DNA of 64,000 bases from NCBI GenBank assembly GCA_965203175.1, contig OZ241867.1, positions 800,001-864,000 on the forward strand, written 5' to 3'. Every line of letters starts with the position of its first letter. The stretch's first letter is position 1. Positions 57,675 to 64,000 of the stretch are shown in pieces. The notes below the pieces were generated by a model. That model had not been told where the DNA came from and did no database searches. It was given only the letters and a program-made list of their open reading frames with translations. The DNA is from Candidatus Latescibacterota bacterium (GTDB taxonomy: Bacteria > Latescibacterota > UBA2968 > UBA8231). The position numbers and the translations under genes were made by a program.

Positions 57675-58832
57675 ATGAAGATCACCGACATTAAGGTTAC
57701 GCCCTCCCTCGGCGCGGAAACTCGCCACTGGTCCTTGCTGAAAATCTTCACGGACGAAGGCATCGTCGGCCTCGGCGAATGGGCTGGGGGCCCCATCGAG
57801 CAGCTCAAAAAGATGCTCATCGGCCGCGACCCGACCAACATCAATCAACTGCACTACGACCACCTGTGGCAGATGCAGGGCCGCGGCGCTGGCGTGGAAA
57901 TCGCCCTCTGGGACATTCGCGGCAAGCAGCTAAACGCACCCATGCACGAACTGCTGGGCGGCAAACTGCGCGACCGCATCCGCGTATACTGCGACTGCCA
58001 CTCGGGCGCGCACTGGACGCGGGAGGACTACGCGCGGCGCTGGCAGGAGACGCGGGCCAGCGGGCAATTGGATCCGGTGTACGAAACCAGCGCCTACGTA
58101 TCCATGGCCCAAGAGGTGGTGGCCGAAGGATACACCGCAATCAAATTCGATCTCGACGTGCCCAACCCCTGGAAGCTCGACGTGTACGACCGCTCCATTA
58201 GCCGCCGACAGCACCATCACATCGTCACCACCATCGAAAGCCTGCGCCAGGCAATAGGCCCTTACATCGACTTATCCATCGATTTGCACGGTTCCTTCAA
58301 CCTCGCCGACGCCCTGCGCATCTGCAAAGACGTGGAACACCTCGACCTGCTTTGGTTGGAGGATCCCATCCGCTGGGAGTGGGGCAATGTCGCCGCCTTG
58401 GCCAAGATCTGCCAGCAGACCGAGACGCCGATCTGCACCGGCGAGATCTTTTACGGAGCCAAGATGTTCCGCGAGCTAATGGAACAACAGGCCTGCGACC
58501 TGCTAGAGCCAGACATCCCCCACAGCGGCGGAGCCATTGAAATCCGCCGCATCGCCGAACTGGCCGAGATGTACCACATGTCGGTCGCCCCCCACTACAT
58601 GCGGAGCGCGGTTACGGGCATAGCCGCGGTGCATATCTGCGCCACCCTGCCCAACTTCCTCGCCCTAGAGCACCACTCGCGCAACATCCCGCTGTGGAGC
58701 ACCATGCTCGACATCAAGAACCCAATTCAGCAAGGTTACATCGACGTGCCCGACGGCCCTGGCTTGGGCATCGATCTAGACGAAGAAGCCATCGCCGCCG
58801 CACTACCTGCCGGAGTGCCGCTGTGGTCCTGA
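57675..58832 (+). CDS. Mandelate racemase/muconate lactonizing enzyme family protein (sugar-acid dehydratase-like)
   Basis: EIALWDIRGK, AIKFD, IDLH, WLEDP, TGE, GPGLG. Confidence 0.92.
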   Translation: MKITDIKVTPSLGAETRHWSLLKIFTDEGIVGLGEWAGGPIEQLKKMLIGRDPTNINQLHYDHLWQMQGRGAGVEIALWDIRGKQLNAPMHELLGGKLRDRIRVYCDCHSGAHWTREDYARRWQETRASGQLDPVYETSAYVSMAQEVVAEGYTAIKFDLDVPNPWKLDVYDRSISRRQHHHIVTTIESLRQAIGPYIDLSIDLHGSFNLADALRICKDVEHLDLLWLEDPIRWEWGNVAALAKICQQTETPICTGEIFYGAKMFRELMEQQACDLLEPDIPHSGGAIEIRRIAELAEMYHMSVAPHYMRSAVTGIAAVHICATLPNFLALEHHSRNIPLWSTMLDIKNPIQQGYIDVPDGPGLGIDLDEEAIAAALPAGVPLWS

Positions 58833-58869
58833 GCCGCGCATCCGCGAATCACTTTTAACTGGAGCTATT

Positions 58870-60318
58870 ATGAAATCGCAAAACTACATCGACGGCCAGT
58901 GGGTTGGAGCCTCGGACGGAAAGACCTTCGCCCAGCACAATCCAGCCGACCTAGAACACGTAACCGGGGAGTGGCCCCAAGGCACCAGCGCCGACGCCGA
59001 GCAGGCCATTGAAGCGGCGCACGCGGCATTTCCAGCGTGGGCCGACATGGGGGTGTACCAGCGGGCAGAGTACTTGTCGCGGGCGGTCGCAGTGCTAAAG
59101 GAGCGGGCCGAAGAAATCGCCGCCATCCTCACCGCAGAAAACGGCAAGACGCTCGACGAAGCGCGCACCGAAATAGGGTCGGCAGTGCGCGAGATGGAGT
59201 TCCAGATCGCCCAGGGGATCTCCATGTGCGGCCAGACCGCGCCCTCGGCGCAAGCTGGGGTGTTTGCCTACAGCGTGCGGCGGCCCCTCGGGGTGGCGTC
59301 GATCATCAGCCCTTGGAACTTTCCGTTCAACGTGCCGGGGCGCAAGTGCACGCCAGCGCTGATCAGCGGCAACACCATCGTTTTCAAGCCAGCGAGCCTG
59401 ACGCCCGGAGCCGGGCGAGCTTTCGTCGATATTTTTGCCGAGGCTGGGCTACCTCCGGGCGTGCTGAACTTCGTCTGCGGCGGGGGCAGCACAGTCGGAG
59501 AAACCATGATCACGCATCCATTAGTGCAGTCGATTTCCTTTACGGGCTCGACCCAAGTGGGCCGGGGCATTCAGCAGCGCGCCGCCCAAGGGATCATCCG
59601 CACGCAACTGGAAATGGGCGGCAAAAATCCCGCAGTTATCTTGGCCGACGCCGACCTCGACATGGCCGCGGATGCCGTCGTCAAGGCAGCTTACGCCTGC
59701 GCCGGACAGTGGTGCACTTCGACGAGCCGCGCAATTGCCGAGCGCGAGGTCGCCGAGGCCTTCACCGACAAAGTGCTAGAGCGCGTCAAGCAAATTCGCA
59801 TCGGAAATGGGACAGAGGATGGGGTGGATATGGGGCCGGTGTGCGGCACGGACCAGCTCGAAACCATCGAAGCCTACATCGAGATCGGCAAAGCAGAAGG
59901 AGCCTGCATCGCGCACGGCGGCGAGCGCCTGACCGACAACGGGCTCGACAAAGGGTGTTTTATCGCGCCGACAGTCTTTACCAACGTCCAGCCGCAGATG
60001 CGCATCGCTCAGGAGGAGATCTTCGGCCCGGTGTTGTGCCTAATGGTAGCAGAGGGTTTCTCCGAAGCCCTAGAGATCGCCAATGGCGTGGAGTTTGGGC
60101 TGGCGTCGTCCATTTTCACGCGGGACATTGGGCGGGCTTTTCAGTTTTTAGCAGAGACTGACGTAGGGCTGACGCACGTAAACATGATGACGGCCTACCG
60201 CGAGCCCCAACTCTCATTCGGCGGGGTCAAGGCTTCCGGGCACGGGATCCCGGAATCGGGCGACACTGGGATCGAGTTTTTCACCGAGCACAAAGTCGCC
60301 TTTATCAATTATCACTAA
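58870..60318 (+). CDS. Aldehyde dehydrogenase (KGSA-dehydrogenase-like)
   Basis: SPWNFP, FTGS, LEMGGKNP, AGQWC, EEIFGP, FGGVKASG. Confidence 0.95.
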   Translation: MKSQNYIDGQWVGASDGKTFAQHNPADLEHVTGEWPQGTSADAEQAIEAAHAAFPAWADMGVYQRAEYLSRAVAVLKERAEEIAAILTAENGKTLDEARTEIGSAVREMEFQIAQGISMCGQTAPSAQAGVFAYSVRRPLGVASIISPWNFPFNVPGRKCTPALISGNTIVFKPASLTPGAGRAFVDIFAEAGLPPGVLNFVCGGGSTVGETMITHPLVQSISFTGSTQVGRGIQQRAAQGIIRTQLEMGGKNPAVILADADLDMAADAVVKAAYACAGQWCTSTSRAIAEREVAEAFTDKVLERVKQIRIGNGTEDGVDMGPVCGTDQLETIEAYIEIGKAEGACIAHGGERLTDNGLDKGCFIAPTVFTNVQPQMRIAQEEIFGPVLCLMVAEGFSEALEIANGVEFGLASSIFTRDIGRAFQFLAETDVGLTHVNMMTAYREPQLSFGGVKASGHGIPESGDTGIEFFTEHKVAFINYH

Positions 60319-61093
60319 TAGGCTGGTAGGTCGGGAAGACGCGGGGAAAGGCGCAGCCCGAGGTCTTTTGACGGGTAGCCGCGTCAATGTAGCAGACGCT
60401 AAACGCGCGGCGCGGACGGTTGGTGTTATTCGTCTCCGAGCGGTGCAAGGTCCAGTTGTGCAAAAGCACCACCTCGCCTTTTTCCATTTCCAAATACAGC
60501 CGCTTCTCATCCGGGGCGTGCTGCGCGCGCTCGTCCGCCGAGAGCTGATCGCCCGTCTCGGGGATCATGGTGTGGTGCGAGCTGGGGATGATTTGCAGGC
60601 AGCCATTGGCAACGCACGTGTCGTCGAGCGCGGTCCACACCGTGACCTTGGGGGGAATGCTCAGTTGCCAGCCGCCAGCGCCGTCTTGGTGCCAGTTGAT
60701 CAGGACGCCCTGCTCGGCGGGCTTGTTGAAAAACATGGCGCGAAAAATCGAGACCTCCGCGCTGACGATTTTGGCGGTTAGATCGCGGAAGAGCGGCTTT
60801 TGCATGTAGTCCAAGAACAGCGGATCCTGCTCCAGATCCTGAATTTTGCGGTACTTGAGCGAGGAGCCCTTAAACTCTTTAGTCTGCCGCGAAAGATCGG
60901 GGTTGCCGGCCGAAGGGCATAGCTGCATGAGCATGTCGTCGTAGCGCACTTCGCCGAGCATGATCTGGTCGATGCGCTGGCAGAGGGCGTCGATTTCCTC
61001 ATGGGAAGCCACGTGGCCGAGGCGCACATAGCCCTGATCGTGAAACTGGTCGAGTTCGGCGGCACTGAGCGCGGAGGCGTGGAGATCGGTCAT
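60305..61093 (-). CDS. PhyH-family Fe/2OG dioxygenase
   Basis: FHDQGY, WHQD, WTALDD..NGCL..IPSSH, TLHRS..N...RRA. Confidence 0.92.
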   Translation of the reverse strand: MTDLHASALSAAELDQFHDQGYVRLGHVASHEEIDALCQRIDQIMLGEVRYDDMLMQLCPSAGNPDLSRQTKEFKGSSLKYRKIQDLEQDPLFLDYMQKPLFRDLTAKIVSAEVSIFRAMFFNKPAEQGVLINWHQDGAGGWQLSIPPKVTVWTALDDTCVANGCLQIIPSSHHTMIPETGDQLSADERAQHAPDEKRLYLEMEKGEVVLLHNWTLHRSETNNTNRPRRAFSVCYIDAATRQKTSGCAFPRVFPTYQPISDN

Positions 61094-61111
61094 GGCAAGT
61101 TCCTTTTGGTC

Positions 61112-61759
61112 TTAAGCGAGGCGGGCGAGCGCCTCTTGTCGGCTGATGCGGCGGAAGGATTGTTCGAGCACGGGACCTTGACCCTGCCAGCCCTCCTCGC
61201 GTTCGCCGTCGGGCACGGAGTCGCAGACGCTTTGGCACCAATCGGCGAGCGGATCTGCTGGGCAGCGGATCACCAAGTCGGGGTCGGCGACCGCGCCGGT
61301 GGCCGAATACGCATAGCAGGTTTCGATGAGCCGCTCGGCCGAGGCTAGCTGCTGACGCTGGTATTCACACGGGATTGGAGGACCGTCGGGCACGAGCAGG
61401 ATGTTGACGCCGCGGTCAGTAATCGCGTTGAGCCGCTCGACCGCATCCGTGCCGACCAGCACGTCCTTGTGCTCCGGCCAGATGTCGAACATCCCGTAAG
61501 CCGCCTTGGGCTCACGCGATTGGAAGGTGAAGTTATCGGGGTACGCGAAAAAATCCTCGCCCGTGGCGCGATAGGTATTGTAAAAGGCAGTTACGTGGGC
61601 CATGATCAAATTAATGGCCCCGATGCCCTCAAGGCGATTGGGCGCTAGCACCCCCAGCCTCTTGGTATTGGTAAAGCCGCGGAAGTACTCCGCCAGCGCG
61701 ACCGGTTGGCCGCTGACAAGTATCTCAAAATCGCTGTCGCCGAGTGTTGAACTGTGCAT
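61112..61759 (-). CDS. Hypothetical protein (215 aa)
   Basis: ORF with typical codon use, co-directional with neighbours; no family recognised. Confidence 0.65.
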   Translation of the reverse strand: MHSSTLGDSDFEILVSGQPVALAEYFRGFTNTKRLGVLAPNRLEGIGAINLIMAHVTAFYNTYRATGEDFFAYPDNFTFQSREPKAAYGMFDIWPEHKDVLVGTDAVERLNAITDRGVNILLVPDGPPIPCEYQRQQLASAERLIETCYAYSATGAVADPDLVIRCPADPLADWCQSVCDSVPDGEREEGWQGQGPVLEQSFRRISRQEALARLA

Positions 61760-61782
61760 GGATGCGTCCGTCTAAAAGCCCT

Positions 61783-62022
61783 TCACGGCAGATATTTCAT
61801 AATCGTCGCCACTGCCACAACGGCACCGATGGTAATGTACAGGTTGCGGTTCAGTCCCTTGTGCAATTCGGTTTTGAGTTCGGCCATCGCGCTTTCGAGG
61901 CGGGTGCTCTCGGCCTTGATTTGACCTTCGAGGCGGGCGACATCGGCTTTCGTGGCGAGATGCTCATAGACGCCTTCGAGCCGCGCCAGACGCTCTTCCG
62001 GGGTCAGAGGGGAGTTGGTCAT
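61783..62022 (-). CDS. Small coiled-coil protein with C-terminal TM helix (DUF1640/CCDC90-like)
   Basis: LATKADVARLE...LKTEL plus hydrophobic tail; start MTNSPL at 62022 after AAGGA. Confidence 0.7.
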   Translation of the reverse strand: MTNSPLTPEERLARLEGVYEHLATKADVARLEGQIKAESTRLESAMAELKTELHKGLNRNLYITIGAVVAVATIMKYLP

Positions 62023-62373
62023 AGCTAGTTTCCTTAATGATTGTAGCGAAAGTACTGTATAGTATAGGGGGGTGTCAATTTCCAAGCTACCTTGCACGGT
62101 TGCGAGGATGGGACGGCTGCATGGGGCCGACCGCGAAACGCCCCAAAGAGACGCAACAAGCGGGCGGCCCTCATTTTGCAAAAGCAATATCCGGGCCAGC
62201 GTCGCTGGGCTGGTAGCGGGGGCTTGTGGGCGGTTCCTACTGTGTCGGTAAGCACACACCGATGGGTTGTTTACGCGCCTGTCGTCGGAGTTGTATTCTA
62301 CCGGCTCCAAGGTGGCGATTTCGTCGAGTCAGGAAGCTGCTGCTCAGATAGCGCGGCGTCATTGCGACAGCCT

Positions 62374-63159
62374 CTACTCCAGCAGAATGCCGCCGTCGAG
62401 GACGATGTTTTTACCCGTCATCGACGGGGTTCTGCACAGCATTTCAAAAACGTAAAGCAAATGCACAGGGGGGACTTCCTGATTCCACACCTTCATTAGG
62501 TTTTTGACCCCGTCAATGGCCTCGCGCGGCGTGTTAGAAATCATCTGGCCACTGACGATAACCGGGCTGATAGAATTGACGCGAATCCCGAATTCCTTAC
62601 CCGCCTGTACCGTATAGTTGCGGCTGAGCCCGAGCAGAGCCGCCTTGCTGCAAACATAGGGTGCCCCCACGTACAACCCGCCCACCAATGCGGCCAGCGA
62701 CACAATGTTGATGATTTGCCGGTCGCCGCTGCCATGCTGCATCAAGCCGACCGCGCCTTGGCTCATAAAGGCCGCGCCTTTTGCATTTACATTGAGGACG
62801 CGATCCCAGTTGTCCTCGGTCATGTCGAGCAACTTCACCTCGCTGAGGAGCCCGGCGTTGTTGATGAGCAGATCAAGACCGTCGTACCGTTCGGCTATTT
62901 CAGCGTAGAAGGATTTGATCTGGGCAACATCGCTGAGATCCACGCGATGGGCGCTGTATTCACCACCGTAGGACGCGACGGCCTCCTCAGCCTCTTCTTG
63001 CGGCACCACATCTACCAGAATGGGAGTCCCGCCGCGCGAGGCGATAAAGGTCGCAAAGAGTTTGCCAATCGTCCCACTGGAGCCGGTGATAATGCAGCGC
63101 CGACCCTTGAGGTATTCTTCCATCGTTACGTACTGCTCAAATCCCGTACTACCGTTCAT
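62374..63159 (-). CDS. Short-chain dehydrogenase/reductase
   Basis: TGSSGTIG, LINNAG, YVCSK, IRVNSISP, TGKNIVLDGG. Confidence 0.92.
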   Translation of the reverse strand: MNGSTGFEQYVTMEEYLKGRRCIITGSSGTIGKLFATFIASRGGTPILVDVVPQEEAEEAVASYGGEYSAHRVDLSDVAQIKSFYAEIAERYDGLDLLINNAGLLSEVKLLDMTEDNWDRVLNVNAKGAAFMSQGAVGLMQHGSGDRQIINIVSLAALVGGLYVGAPYVCSKAALLGLSRNYTVQAGKEFGIRVNSISPVIVSGQMISNTPREAIDGVKNLMKVWNQEVPPVHLLYVFEMLCRTPSMTGKNIVLDGGILLE

Positions 63160-63350
63160 AGTCTGCGTCTCCTAGTGTTCATTAGTTAGGATGCGAGTGA
63201 TCAATGTGCAGGGCATTAAAAGACCCTTTCGCATACTAGTCAAGGAATGGGACTCCACGCCAACAGACGGCATCCTTCCTTGACTAGGCCGCGAAAAATC
63301 TCTTTATCCATACACGCAAACCACGCACCAATTAAAAAGGAGCCAATCCA

Positions 63351-64000
63351 TTGACTGAATCTACCCGCCAAAATATTCAACCGGACGACCTGAAGAACTT
63401 TTGCACCGCCGCCATGGTCAAAGCCGGCCTCAGCCAAGAAGACGCCGCACTAAGTGCCCACGTCTTCGTCACCACCGACACTTGGGGCACCTTTACGCAC
63501 GGCACCCGGCAGATTCGCGGCTTGATGCAGAATGCGCGGCGCGGCCGTCTGGTCGCGACCGCGAAAGAGAAAATCGTCGATGATGGACCATCCTGGGCCA
63601 TCATCGACGCCTGCGACGGCATGCCGCCCGCCATCTCCTGCCGCGCCGTGGAGTTGGCCGTTGCCAAAGCCCGCCGAAGCGGCATGTGCTATATCGGCAT
63701 CCGGGGCAGCAGCCACTACGGTGCCGCCGGATTTTACGCCAACATGATCGCCGAAAACAACATGATCGGTCTGTCCATGTGCAATGTAGAACCCTGCATG
63801 ACCGTGCCCGGCGGCAAGAGCAGAGTGCTGGGAACCAACCCGATCGCCTACGCCGCACCCACCGGCACCGACCGCACCGTCATGCTCGACATTGCCACCA
63901 GCGCGGTTGCGGCCACCAAAATATTCGCGGCCAAAAACGAAGGGCGCAGCATTCCCGACACCTGGCTGGTGGACGAAGAGGGCATCCCAACGACCGATCC
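63351..64000 (+). CDS. Ldh_2 family (malate/L-lactate/sulfolactate-type) oxidoreductase, runs off the window end
   Basis: AAGGAG RBS then TTG; D.WG..THG, SSHYGAAG, LGTNPIAYAAP, LDIATS; absent from the ORF track because no stop codon is reached. Confidence 0.9.
   Translation, partial: MTESTRQNIQPDDLKNFCTAAMVKAGLSQEDAALSAHVFVTTDTWGTFTHGTRQIRGLMQNARRGRLVATAKEKIVDDGPSWAIIDACDGMPPAISCRAVELAVAKARRSGMCYIGIRGSSHYGAAGFYANMIAENNMIGLSMCNVEPCMTVPGGKSRVLGTNPIAYAAPTGTDRTVMLDIATSAVAATKIFAAKNEGRSIPDTWLVDEEGIPTTD

Noticed and set aside
59037-60161. Long alternative-frame and antisense ORFs (for example 59037-60161, 55973-56992, 26200-27192, 22333-23262, 48167-49084)
   Set aside because: They overlap well-supported genes, are Arg/Pro/Ala-rich without motifs, and are expected shadows in GC-rich DNA.
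60305-60318. Convergent 14-bp overlap of the ALDH and PhyH genes
   Set aside because: Short 3' overlaps are common and imply nothing special.
62040-62370. Structured RNA between the SDR and the small coiled-coil gene
   Set aside because: Only weak, short hairpins and no recognisable motif; the 175-aa ORF extension here looks spurious.

Overview
Bacterial chromosomal window with a GC-rich backbone. It holds housekeeping genes (polA, metG, ilvD, queC/queE, tamB/tamA-like, tmRNA) and many catabolic enzymes (3 PhyH dioxygenases, MDR/SDR/Gfo oxidoreductases, IolD-like ThDP enzyme, sulfatase, enolase-superfamily protein, ALDH). This gene content, plus Rpn-family and FlgD-Ig proteins, resembles Ca. 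Latescibacterota-type symbionts; the lineage is an inference only. Three accessory regions stand out. (1) 2.8-8.5 kb: an AT-richer island with a 1515-aa nuclease-STAND (Avs-like) gene. It is flanked by 23-34 bp palindromes of the kind embedded in DUF1016/YhcG genes, including four near-abutting perfect palindromes, and these sit at gene-breakage junctions. (2) 52.5-56.1 kb: a decayed defence region containing a 1052-bp element with terminal inverted repeats and a 7-bp target-site duplication, whose only cargo is an Rpn-family nuclease gene with a sigma-54-type promoter and an internal translation start. The same region has an AlbA/Schlafen-HATPase gene bracketed by duplicated hsdM starts. (3) 24.25-24.58 kb: a candidate stand-alone short transcript with three chained micro-ORFs and extended Shine-Dalgarno sequences. 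All calls come from reading the sequence and motifs by eye; no searches were run.
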